Positions 7,704 to 16,327 are shown, counted from the first letter of the stretch. The stretch is DNA of 32,000 bases from Flavobacteriaceae bacterium (GCA_965224465.1 OZ245049.1:3090001-3122000), one strand, 5' to 3'. Translations and numbers: made by a program. Notes: generated from the sequence alone by a model not told the origin.

Positions 7704-8324
7704 ATGAAGACTGTACTATACATATTAATTACTCTAATTTCGACTGTCTCGTATGGCCAAATCAGTGGAAAAGATAGCGACAGAGCGCATCTGCTAATTG
7801 ATAATTTTCGAAACCATATTGATTCGACTAACCAGTTGACTAATGGAGCTAAGATTTTCTATATCAGCGACTCCTTATTTAAAGGAACGATATTGACTTT
7901 GAAAAATGGCGACAAACTTGAACTTGACTTGAGATACAAAGACAATTTTCGTGGCTATACAGAATTAGGTGTTGACTTTGAGAATTATGTACTTATAAAG
8001 AATCGTGGAGACGGGTCAGGAAACCCTGAACGACTCCGGGTAATCAACAAAAAAACAGGTGAAGACAAGTGGCTTGGAAACTATCCATTCTATCTTGACA
8101 AGGAAAATGAAATCGGTGTTTACAAATCATATACAGATTCGTTCTCACAAATTATAGTTCATGACTTCTCGACCAACAAAACAGAAATTTATCCGACTCC
8201 TGCCACTAAATGTATCTGCTGTGGTTGTTATGAAATTGTCCAATTCGACAATGATGGTTTCACAATAAAATTTGTTGACCCCGATGACAATGAGACAGAA
8301 CTGAAAATGAAAAGAAAAAAATAA
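7704..8324 (+). CDS. Secreted hypothetical protein (206 aa) with a C-terminal CICCGC cysteine cluster
   Basis: ATG at 7704 gives MKTVLYILITLISTVSYGQ (signal peptide). An identical copy is at 19639-20259, upstream of the second PAAR gene. Confidence 0.6.
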   Translation: MKTVLYILITLISTVSYGQISGKDSDRAHLLIDNFRNHIDSTNQLTNGAKIFYISDSLFKGTILTLKNGDKLELDLRYKDNFRGYTELGVDFENYVLIKNRGDGSGNPERLRVINKKTGEDKWLGNYPFYLDKENEIGVYKSYTDSFSQIIVHDFSTNKTEIYPTPATKCICCGCYEIVQFDNDGFTIKFVDPDDNETELKMKRKK

Positions 8325-8486
8325 CGAAATGCCAATAACTAAGTGTTCGTGCGATACCTAGCGCCCAGCATGAACATCCTGTTGACTGTATCGTTTCAAA
8401 AGATGATACTATGAGGTTGGCGCAATTAATTAAGAGGCTATCAACAAAGACCTTAATAAGATACTACCTGTTTTAGTGCATTTACT

Positions 8487-8516
8487 CCCACGCTCTTTTG
8501 TGGGGATAGTTTTTTA
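8487..8516 (+). terminator. Weak candidate intrinsic terminator
   Basis: CCCAC (8487-8491) / GTGGG (8500-8504) stem followed by GATAGTTTTTT. The stem is only 5 bp and lies ~165 nt after the upstream stop. Confidence 0.3.
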
Positions 8517-8726
8517 CTGTTTTTTGATACTGATTATTGTTGGTTAGTAGCGTTTAGGCATGCGCTTTCTATTACGTGGCTACGTTTATTTTTTAACAAC
8601 GCTAGAACGTAAAACAACCTATTTATATCGGTTATAAGATAAAGGTCAAATCGGTACGGTAATTAGATGAATAAAAATACAGGGAAATATAATCGGAAAA
8701 CCACTACTGCATATAACTATTTTTTG

Positions 8727-8734
8727 TACATTTG
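8727..8734 (+). promoter_or_regulatory. Candidate Bacteroidota -7 promoter element (TAnnTTTG) upstream of the PAAR gene
   Basis: TACATTTG at 8727-8734. The paralogous position 20662-20669 reads TACTTTTG, so the consensus is kept although neighbouring bases differ. No clear -33 TTTG partner. Confidence 0.25.
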
Positions 8735-8900
8735 AAGACTGCTTATACATATATACGTCTGAATAATTAAAATAACCCAATGCTACATCGTAGGTTAAAT
8801 GGATATGCCATCTTGTTTAGCACTGCTACTGTGAGAATATGGGATTATAAGTAATTTAACGCACTCAAGCGGTAGAACATTACATAAAAAACAAAAAATT

Positions 8901-9362
8901 ATGCCAGGACCAGCAGCAACAATATCACACATGCACACATGCCCTATGTATAGTGGAACAAGCCCACATACTGGTGGCCCCATTATAGGCCCGGGAGTGC
9001 CAACAGTTTTAATAGGAGGAAAACCTGCCGCAGTAATGGGGGATCAATGTACCTGTTCGGGACCACCCGATGTAATTGTAGAAGGTGTTTCTACCGTATT
9101 AATTGGCGGGAGACCTGCAGCTACTATGGGATCAAAAACAGGTCATGGAGGCGAAGTAAGCATTGGAAATCCTACCGTACTTATTGGTACAAGATGTAGT
9201 GCTCCTACCGCAATAATGCCAGTGCATAAAATACCTTTTCCTAAAATCACTCTAATTAATAGAATATTAGGGAATACAAGGCAAGCGCAAGAAAACCAAG
9301 AAAAAATAAAAGAAGAAGCTAAGAAACATGGATATCTTAGTGATTTTAATTTAAGTATCTAA
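8901..9362 (+). CDS. PAAR-domain protein with a ~55-aa C-terminal tail
   Basis: Gly/Pro-rich beta-repeat with literal PAA motifs (GGKPAAVMGD, GGRPAATMGS), conserved H/C residues (HMHTCPM, CTCSG) and repeated TVLIGG strands. GC is markedly higher than in the flanks. Confidence 0.9.
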   Translation: MPGPAATISHMHTCPMYSGTSPHTGGPIIGPGVPTVLIGGKPAAVMGDQCTCSGPPDVIVEGVSTVLIGGRPAATMGSKTGHGGEVSIGNPTVLIGTRCSAPTAIMPVHKIPFPKITLINRILGNTRQAQENQEKIKEEAKKHGYLSDFNLSI

Positions 9363-9373
9363 AATAAAAATCT

Positions 9374-12300
9374 ATGAGAGTAAGTTATCCGCTAAAAGAT
9401 ATTAGTACTGATGCCGAAGCAAAAAATTATTTGGGGAATCGTAACCTTTTTGGAAAATACCCTATTGGAGCGCATAATGCTTGGCATGGTGGTATACATT
9501 TAGAAGGTGCAAGTAGAGAAATACAATGCATTGCGCAAGGTCGTATAATTGCCTACCGCTTTGCAGAAGGGTATAAAAAAACGATAATAAACAATTCGGA
9601 TCACTTATACTCTAATGGGTTTATACTCATACAACACGATTATAAAAGTAAAGAAAAACAAAAAATGACCTTTTATAGTTTGTATCATCATTTAATGCCT
9701 AAAGATGAGATAACTACTAATAAGTTTAGTTTACCTGATTTTGTAAGTAAAAAAAAACATGTAGTAACTAGAGGTTTAGGAATTCTTAATCTAGGTTTAA
9801 GAGGGAGGAAGCTTAAAGATAATGTAATAAACTGGAAAGATAAAGATACTATAGTTGTTGTAATACCTAAAGGAGAGCTTGTACAAGCTATGCTAGACGA
9901 AAATAGCAAGGAAATAAGAAAAGGAAACTGGTTAAAAGTAAGCTATACAGATAAAAACAATAAAAAATATGAAAATATTTACTTAAGTACAAAATATGGT
10001 ACAAAATATAAAGTAAAGCAAATAGGTACTACCACTACTTACGAAATAATCACTACCGAAGATCCAGATAATAGTATATTAGGTGCAATAGTAAGAACAG
10101 AAGCAATTAATAGTTCTGAAATTGTAAAAGTCATTGAGAACGGTTTCCCTATAAAAATAGATGACTCTTATAAAAACAAAGGTTGGATAAAATTAGCAGA
10201 CAATACTGGCTATATTTTAGAAAGCAGTTTAGATAAAAAAAAAGTACTTGCTAAAAACGTTAAGTTAAATACAATTACAGCTTGTGATATACCAATAAAA
10301 GCAGGTGTAACCATTGGTTATACAGGTAGCCTAGGTTTTAAAGGGTACAAAGGATATAAAGCAACCCACTTAGAAGTATTTACAACAGATGATGTTTTTG
10401 AGTTTTTAAGTAATGAAAAAAAAGATGGAAAAGAAGAACAATATTTTACAAATATTATAGCAGGCACAACATTAAAAACAAGCCTATTTTACAAAGTAGA
10501 TATTAAAGCAAATACCCCTATAAAAGTACTTAAAATTGAAGGAGATTATGCACAAATAAAAGTAACATCTATTACTGCAACCTTAGTTAGAGATACCGAT
10601 ATTAATGATAACGTAAAACCATTTAATAGCAATAAACTTTATACTATCAAAAATCTTACTACGGTTAATAAAGCATTTAATGGTCTTGCAACTAAAGATG
10701 CCACATTCAATACAAAACAAGTAAAAGCACCAAGAAATTGGAGAACAAATTTAAACAGAACTGTTACCTTTTACCCAAATGGCTATGGTAAAGTGTTTTG
10801 GATAGAAAAAACATTTATTTCCAAAATAACAGAAAAAACCAAAAAAAAAGCAGGTATATTTGTCTCAATTACTCCTGACTATTTTTTAACAGAAGAACAA
10901 AAATACGATACAGTTGAAAGAGAAGCCAAAACAGGAGAAAAAACTACATTATATGTAGATGTATGTAAGGCATATATCGAAGTCCCTTTTAGAACCGATG
11001 TAGAAGAAGTAACTGTAGAAAAAGAAAAAGTAGTTGACTTACGTAAATTTAAAAAAGCAAAAGACGATAAAAAAGACCTTTGGTATAAAGTAGTATTAGA
11101 TGATACAACTAGTAGCCAATGTGTCGCAGTAAAAGGCTGGGTAAAAGAAAAGGATCTTGACAAATTTAGCGCTTACGATTGGCAAAAATTTGGTTTTAAA
11201 GATCTAGACGCAGGTAATGAATACATATACTCTGTAAAAGACTTATGTAAGGCAGAAGACAGTGCCGCTTTTGTAACCGAAATTTGGGATAAAACAATAG
11301 ATACAGATGGCAATAAAGTATTAGATATACTAGAGCTTATTAGAGCGTTTAGTAAACCAGAAATAGCACAAAAACTATCTCGTTTGGTATGTAAGCACAA
11401 AAATGAATGGTCTTATACTATGGACGAAATAAAACCAGAAGTAAAAGAACTCTATGATTTTGGTATACAATTAGAAGAAGTTACAGCCGAAAAACAAAAA
11501 CTAGAAACCGAAAGGGATGATAGTTTAGCCAAAATGGAAACCAAAATAGAAAATTTAATGTGGTGGGATGAGGCAAGTAAAAAAACCTACACAGCACCCA
11601 TAAAAGAAGAAGATAAAACAAAAACGAGTAGCACCAAAAGACCTTCTATGTTGCCAGAAGGTACAGTGGTAGAAGAAATACCACAAAAAGATGTTGTACC
11701 TTTAGACAATAAAACAACAGCAGTTAAACCAGATGCTAAACCAACGAAAGATAGTATACCAACGACAAGTACAACCGCTGCTCCAGCACCAGAAACTAAA
11801 GTAGAAGAAAAAGAAGTGCCACCAAAACGTATGTTTCCAAGTACCAATATAGTACATCACTTTCATCCAATTGCTTGGGTGGAGCAGATGAGGAGGGTTT
11901 TTGGAGATAATGGTATTTGTGTTTGTGAAGCTAGAGTTAGGGCTTTTCTGAGACTTATTAAAGAATTTGAAGGAGTTCCAGGCGAAAAAGGATATACTAC
12001 ATTGTTTAATCATAAAAGTTTTTCAGATATGTCTACACATCCAGAAAAACCTATTCTTTGGTATAAAAACAAAAAAACAGGAAAAAATGTGTATAGTACT
12101 GCTGCAGGTGCATATCAAATAATGAAAGAAACTTGGTGGGATTATAATGGAGATGTAGTAAAAGACCATAAAAAAGTAGGTAGAAACGAGAATAGAAACT
12201 TCGTTAAAAAATATGGAATAAAGGATTTTTCAGCTAAATCTCAAGATAAATTTTGTATAGCATTACTAATACATGGATATAAAGCAAAAAATCAATTGAA

Positions 12301-12982
12301 TTATTTATTAAATGGTTTTGTAACCAGAGCGATAGAAGAATGTGCATCACACACTTGGGCTAGTTTTACTCCTGGTAGATATCCAAAACAAGGGCCAACA
12401 AAGGGACTTACAAATAAGAAAAAAATAAAAGACGCTATACATAACGCTAGAGTAAAGCAATGGGAAGCCTATGATAAATTTCTTACTGAAGAGCTAGCTG
12501 GACAATCTGATTTACATTTAGAACCTGGATTTTTAAAAAAGTTTGGAATTAAAGAGCCTGAACCAAAGGAGCTAATAGAAAACAAAAAAGAAGGGCTTGA
12601 TTTAAATAAAGCAATTGAAAGATTAAATAAAAGAGCTGGTGACATGACTACTTCAGTATGGAAATGTGCTAAATATGTTAGATGGGCTTTAGAAGCTGGG
12701 GGAATGAAAACATGGGGTGCTGCTAAAATAGATCAACGCCCAAATTCGGCAAAAGATTATGGCCCGTTTTTATTAAACAAAGGTTTTAAAGAAGTTCCTA
12801 AGGGTAATTATCAAAAAGGAGATATATCAGTTATTCAAAATTTAAGTGCGGCAAAACCTCATGGGCACATAGCTATGTGGAATGGTGAAAATTGGGTATC
12901 AGATTTTGTTCAAAAAACTCTTTACCCAGGAGATGGGTATAGAAATGCACAACCAAATTATAAAATTTACAGATGGGAATAA
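9374..12982 (+). CDS. Large polymorphic effector: split M23/LytM-like N-domain, SH3-like inserts, P/T/K linker, HHFHPIAWVEQM junction, GH104 (lambda R-like) muramidase, Tae4/NlpC-P60-like amidase
   Basis: Starts 11 nt after the PAAR stop. M23-like blocks: WHGGIHLEG, GRIIAYRF, GFILIQH, FYSLYHHL, then ~190 aa later IKAGVTIGYTGSLG...ATHLEVF. The C-terminal region is colinear with phage lambda R: RVRAFLRLIKEFEG / FSDMSTHPEK / STAAGAYQIM..TWWDY / KDFSAKSQD / HTWASF. The last ~135 aa carry KCAKYVRWAL (Cys) ... KGDISVI ... HGHIAMWNGENWVSDF (His), as in Tae4-type amidases. Confidence 0.85.
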   Translation: MRVSYPLKDISTDAEAKNYLGNRNLFGKYPIGAHNAWHGGIHLEGASREIQCIAQGRIIAYRFAEGYKKTIINNSDHLYSNGFILIQHDYKSKEKQKMTFYSLYHHLMPKDEITTNKFSLPDFVSKKKHVVTRGLGILNLGLRGRKLKDNVINWKDKDTIVVVIPKGELVQAMLDENSKEIRKGNWLKVSYTDKNNKKYENIYLSTKYGTKYKVKQIGTTTTYEIITTEDPDNSILGAIVRTEAINSSEIVKVIENGFPIKIDDSYKNKGWIKLADNTGYILESSLDKKKVLAKNVKLNTITACDIPIKAGVTIGYTGSLGFKGYKGYKATHLEVFTTDDVFEFLSNEKKDGKEEQYFTNIIAGTTLKTSLFYKVDIKANTPIKVLKIEGDYAQIKVTSITATLVRDTDINDNVKPFNSNKLYTIKNLTTVNKAFNGLATKDATFNTKQVKAPRNWRTNLNRTVTFYPNGYGKVFWIEKTFISKITEKTKKKAGIFVSITPDYFLTEEQKYDTVEREAKTGEKTTLYVDVCKAYIEVPFRTDVEEVTVEKEKVVDLRKFKKAKDDKKDLWYKVVLDDTTSSQCVAVKGWVKEKDLDKFSAYDWQKFGFKDLDAGNEYIYSVKDLCKAEDSAAFVTEIWDKTIDTDGNKVLDILELIRAFSKPEIAQKLSRLVCKHKNEWSYTMDEIKPEVKELYDFGIQLEEVTAEKQKLETERDDSLAKMETKIENLMWWDEASKKTYTAPIKEEDKTKTSSTKRPSMLPEGTVVEEIPQKDVVPLDNKTTAVKPDAKPTKDSIPTTSTTAAPAPETKVEEKEVPPKRMFPSTNIVHHFHPIAWVEQMRRVFGDNGICVCEARVRAFLRLIKEFEGVPGEKGYTTLFNHKSFSDMSTHPEKPILWYKNKKTGKNVYSTAAGAYQIMKETWWDYNGDVVKDHKKVGRNENRNFVKKYGIKDFSAKSQDKFCIALLIHGYKAKNQLNYLLNGFVTRAIEECASHTWASFTPGRYPKQGPTKGLTNKKKIKDAIHNARVKQWEAYDKFLTEELAGQSDLHLEPGFLKKFGIKEPEPKELIENKKEGLDLNKAIERLNKRAGDMTTSVWKCAKYVRWALEAGGMKTWGAAKIDQRPNSAKDYGPFLLNKGFKEVPKGNYQKGDISVIQNLSAAKPHGHIAMWNGENWVSDFVQKTLYPGDGYRNAQPNYKIYRWE
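11575..11891 (+). repeat. 317-bp homology tract shared with 3399-3715
   Basis: See the partner feature at 3399-3715. Confidence 0.9.
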
Positions 12983-13842
12983 ATAAAATATTTAAACTTT
13001 TAGTTGTATTTGCTTTTTTTAGTTCTTTCTTATCATGCAAAGAAAGTCCTAAAAAAAACAATGATGTTGTAGTAAATAATACATCGTCATCACTTAATGT
13101 AGGAAAAAAGAATAATCCCCAAACAAAAATAGAGTCTAAAGATTTTATTCTTGAATTTTACACAAAATATATTAAATATTTAGAAGATCCTTTAAATGAA
13201 GAATCAATAGATTATGAATTTTATTTAACGGAAGATTTGATTGATGAAATTGGAAAAACAGAAGGTTATGATTACATTATAAAAGCCCAAGATTCAACTG
13301 TAGAATGGTTGAAATCTTTAAAAGTAGAGGATACTGAGAAAAATAACGTTTACAGTATTACTCGTGAAAAAGGTTATTATGATAGTGATGATAATACAAT
13401 TTATGCCACTGTTATAGAACTAAAAAATGAAAAATTAAAAATATCAAAGTTAAGTAGTACTTTAATAGATCAACCTATTTCTACTCCAGTAGAAAACGAA
13501 GATCAGAAAGGTAAGTTTACTTATTACTCTTTTGATTATAAAATAAATCCTGGAGATCGCATTAATGAGACAAGTTATATTATAGAATATTTAGAAGAAG
13601 AACATATTGTTTTTTCAATGATGGGATATGATGGAGAGTTTGACTATAAATGTAGACAGGTAAGGACAAAAGAAGGTGTTTCACTTTATTATATAGAAGC
13701 TACTGATGATGATGAATATACAGGAAATAAAAGTAAACCACTCGCTAGAATATATAAAAAAGGTGAAGATTTTTATGCTAAAAGTTCACTTATAGAAGAT
13801 GGTAAAGAAATTAAGCTAAAAGAAGTTGAAAGTAGATACTAA
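12973..13842 (+). CDS. Lipoprotein, putative immunity protein for the full-length effector
   Basis: MGINKIFKLLVVFAFFSSFLSCKES (lipobox LSC). It overlaps the effector stop by 10 nt, and its position is analogous to the three orphan-linked lipoproteins. Confidence 0.65.
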   Translation: MGINKIFKLLVVFAFFSSFLSCKESPKKNNDVVVNNTSSSLNVGKKNNPQTKIESKDFILEFYTKYIKYLEDPLNEESIDYEFYLTEDLIDEIGKTEGYDYIIKAQDSTVEWLKSLKVEDTEKNNVYSITREKGYYDSDDNTIYATVIELKNEKLKISKLSSTLIDQPISTPVENEDQKGKFTYYSFDYKINPGDRINETSYIIEYLEEEHIVFSMMGYDGEFDYKCRQVRTKEGVSLYYIEATDDDEYTGNKSKPLARIYKKGEDFYAKSSLIEDGKEIKLKEVESRY

Positions 13843-13963
13843 AAATCAATTGTGTACATCTTACAATTTAGTGCAGTTTAAATATATACAAACCACAGTT
13901 TAAAAGTATCCGTCCGACCATCCCCATATTTTTTAGCAGAAAAATAGCTCCTATTTTTGACGC

Positions 13964-14272
13964 ATGAGAAAAAACGAAGAAAAACGAGCCTATATGACAG
14001 CTGTTGTTTCCGATTGGAAGTTGAGTGATTTAACCTTGGAAGATTATTGTAAAAGTCATAAAATTACACTTTGTAAATTTAGGTACTGGAATAAGAAATT
14101 GACCTCCAAAAAAGCCAGTGGATTTTCAAAGGTTGAACTTATTGATGCTCCTATTGAAAACAGCAGAAATTCTATTTTAGATAGTTTTAAAATCGAGTAT
14201 CCAACAGGTGTAAATTTGGTCATTAACAAAGAGATTACACTTGTCGATTTACAAAATTTAATTCATTTGTAA
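13964..14272 (+). CDS. tnpA: IS66 accessory protein TnpA (Orf1)
   Basis: Small first ORF of the IS66 triplet, 102 aa, directly upstream of the tnpB-like ORF. Confidence 0.75.
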   Translation: MRKNEEKRAYMTAVVSDWKLSDLTLEDYCKSHKITLCKFRYWNKKLTSKKASGFSKVELIDAPIENSRNSILDSFKIEYPTGVNLVINKEITLVDLQNLIHL

Positions 14273-14273
14273 T

Positions 14274-14615
14274 ATGCTAAATCTTTCAAGTGAACTTGAT
14301 TTTCATCTGTACCTAGAACCCACAGATATGCGTAAAGGATTTAATGGTTTGTCAGGTGTTATCCGTAATAATTTAGAAGAGGATCCTAGTAATGGAGCTG
14401 TTTTTATCTTCATAAATAAACCTCGAAACAAAATAAAACTATTGCATTGGCAAGCAGGTGGATTTGTACTGTATTATAAACGATTGGAACGAGGTACTTT
14501 TGAACTCCCGGTGTATGATAATCTGAAAGGAAGTATACAAATGAAATACAGCCAAATGGTGATGCTTCTTGATGGACTGTCTATCAAAAACATCCAACAA
14601 AGGAAACGTTATTAA
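14274..14615 (+). CDS. tnpB: IS66 Orf2 protein TnpB
   Basis: DMRKGFNGLSGVI...GAVFIFINKPRNKIKLLHWQAGGFVLYYKRLERGTFELP matches the conserved IS66 Orf2 pattern. Confidence 0.9.
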   Translation: MLNLSSELDFHLYLEPTDMRKGFNGLSGVIRNNLEEDPSNGAVFIFINKPRNKIKLLHWQAGGFVLYYKRLERGTFELPVYDNLKGSIQMKYSQMVMLLDGLSIKNIQQRKRY

Positions 14616-14683
14616 TGTCTTTTTACAGGTAAAAAACCTAATAAAACCAGGCTGTTCATGTATATTTTTCGTATATTTAATGT

Positions 14684-16327
14684 ATGGAAAAAGACTTAGA
14701 ACAGCTATCAAAAAAAGCACTTATAGCCCTATTACAGGAGGCTAATTCTAAGTCAGATTTACTTATCAAAAAGACAAGTTCTCTTAGTGCAAAAAATGAG
14801 TTACTTACTATAAAGACAAAAGACGTTACTTTACAAAAGGCTATCCTAGAAGCTCAATATAAAGAATTAGAGACAAAATACGGATATGGACAATTTCAAT
14901 TAGAGCAATTACGTCGTATGATTTTTGGGACAAAACGTGAGCGTTTTATAATGGCTAATAACCCTTTTCAAATGCAACTCCCTTTCGAAGTTTTAAAAGA
15001 GATGCCCCAGGAAGAAGAAGCTCCTGTAAACATTACATATCAACGTAAAAAGACTAAAAAAAGAACGATTGGAAGTTTAAATCTCCCCAGTCATTTACCT
15101 GTTGAAATTATTAATTTAGAGCCTAAAGAGACTATAGAGAACCGAATAAAAATAGGTGAAGAAATTACAGATAAATTAGAACTTGTACCCACAAAGCTAT
15201 ACATAAAACGATATGTCAGACCAAAATACGCCTTAAAAAAGAAAGTACAAGACACATTGATTGACAATGGAAACCCTTTAGGTATTAAGACCGTTATTAT
15301 GGCTGATTTACCAAGTTTTGCTATTGAAAAATCTGTAGCATCAAACAGCCTGCTAGCACAGCTATTGATTGATAAATTCTTAGATCACTTACCGTATTAT
15401 CGACAGATAGAACGTTTTAAACGAGAAGGAATCTCTATAAGTTCATCTACAATAAATGGATGGCAAAACAGCTTAGGACACTTACTTAAGCCGCTGTATC
15501 AGGCTATGAAAAACACGGTGCTGTCACAAGGATATGTACAGGCCGATGAATCAACTATTCCGGTGCTAGACAAACAGAAAAAAGGAAAAACTCATACTGG
15601 ATATCATTGGGTGTACTATTCACCCATACAAAAAATGGTATTGTTTGATTATCGTCACTCTAGATCTAAACATGGACCTAGAGAAATGCTTAAAAACTTT
15701 AAAGGGTATTTACAAACAGATGGCTACGCTGTATATGATGAATTTGCACTTAAAAAAGATGTCACTTTAGTAGGGTGTATGGCACATGCACGTCGTTATT
15801 TTGAGAAAGCACTAGACTATGACAAAGTAAAAGCGAGTCATGCGATGGTACTCATTCAACAATTATATGCCATTGAACGACATTGTAAAAACCAGGAATT
15901 TACTCCTGAGCAACGGCATGCTTATCGCCTAGATAAAGCACAACCAATAATGGATACATTTATAAAATGGTTGATCCATAATACCCAAGGAAGCTTACCT
16001 AAAAGTTCCTTAGGAAAAGCAATCACTTATACATTAAAACGATGGGACTACTTAAAAGCCTACCTGTATGACGGTACTTTAGAACTAGATAATAACCTGG
16101 TAGAAGGATCTATCAGAACATTAGCTATTGGACGTAAAAATTATTTATTTGCAGGTAGCCATGATGCTGCAAAAAATGCTGCCATGTTCTACTCCTTTTT
16201 TGGGACTTGTAAAAAACACCAAGTAAACCCCTATAAATGGATGAAAAAAGTACTGGATATAATCCCTGATTACAATGCTCGAAAGCTAAATGAGCTATTT
16301 CCACAAAATTTAAACCTCGATCAATAA
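14684..16327 (+). CDS. tnpC: IS66-family transposase TnpC
   Basis: 547 aa with an N-terminal coiled coil, DHLPYYRQIERFKREGI, and a DDE-type core (HWVYYSP..., LQTDGYAVYD, GCMAHARRYF). Confidence 0.9.
   Translation: MEKDLEQLSKKALIALLQEANSKSDLLIKKTSSLSAKNELLTIKTKDVTLQKAILEAQYKELETKYGYGQFQLEQLRRMIFGTKRERFIMANNPFQMQLPFEVLKEMPQEEEAPVNITYQRKKTKKRTIGSLNLPSHLPVEIINLEPKETIENRIKIGEEITDKLELVPTKLYIKRYVRPKYALKKKVQDTLIDNGNPLGIKTVIMADLPSFAIEKSVASNSLLAQLLIDKFLDHLPYYRQIERFKREGISISSSTINGWQNSLGHLLKPLYQAMKNTVLSQGYVQADESTIPVLDKQKKGKTHTGYHWVYYSPIQKMVLFDYRHSRSKHGPREMLKNFKGYLQTDGYAVYDEFALKKDVTLVGCMAHARRYFEKALDYDKVKASHAMVLIQQLYAIERHCKNQEFTPEQRHAYRLDKAQPIMDTFIKWLIHNTQGSLPKSSLGKAITYTLKRWDYLKAYLYDGTLELDNNLVEGSIRTLAIGRKNYLFAGSHDAAKNAAMFYSFFGTCKKHQVNPYKWMKKVLDIIPDYNARKLNELFPQNLNLDQ

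Larger units (their letters stand above)
6306..9326. repeat. Segmental duplication, copy A
   Basis: Matches 16384-17646 plus 19504-21263. I saw no differences up to 8694, then scattered substitutions and a 1-nt indel up to the end of the PAAR gene. Confidence 0.85.

Noticed and set aside
7661-8336. 10-nt repeat GAAATGCCAA flanking the 206-aa secreted-protein gene (about 7661 and about 8327)
   Set aside because: A single short direct repeat in AT-rich DNA, with no associated inverted repeats or mobile-element features. It is compatible with chance.
8346-8380. GTGCG...GCCCAGCATGAACATC, resembling the 5' end of the resident group II intron (GTGTGCCCAGCATGGGCATC); possible ORF-less intron relic in the PAAR upstream spacer
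   Set aside because: The match is only 14 of 16 after an 11-nt offset. I could find no convincing domain V or 3' end downstream. A 16-mer with 2 mismatches is not rare by chance at this search depth. A covariance-model scan would settle it.
8795-8983. 62-codon minus-strand ORF across the PAAR start
   Set aside because: It overlaps the well-supported PAAR CDS and its upstream region. It looks like a by-product of the GC-rich PAAR coding sequence.
9688-13061. Antisense ORFs within the 1202-aa effector and its immunity gene (9688-9909, 10879-11163, 11173-11400, 11587-11847, 11702-12013, 12873-13061)
   Set aside because: They are embedded in a continuous 3.6-kb ORF with several recognisable domains, and they have no features of their own.
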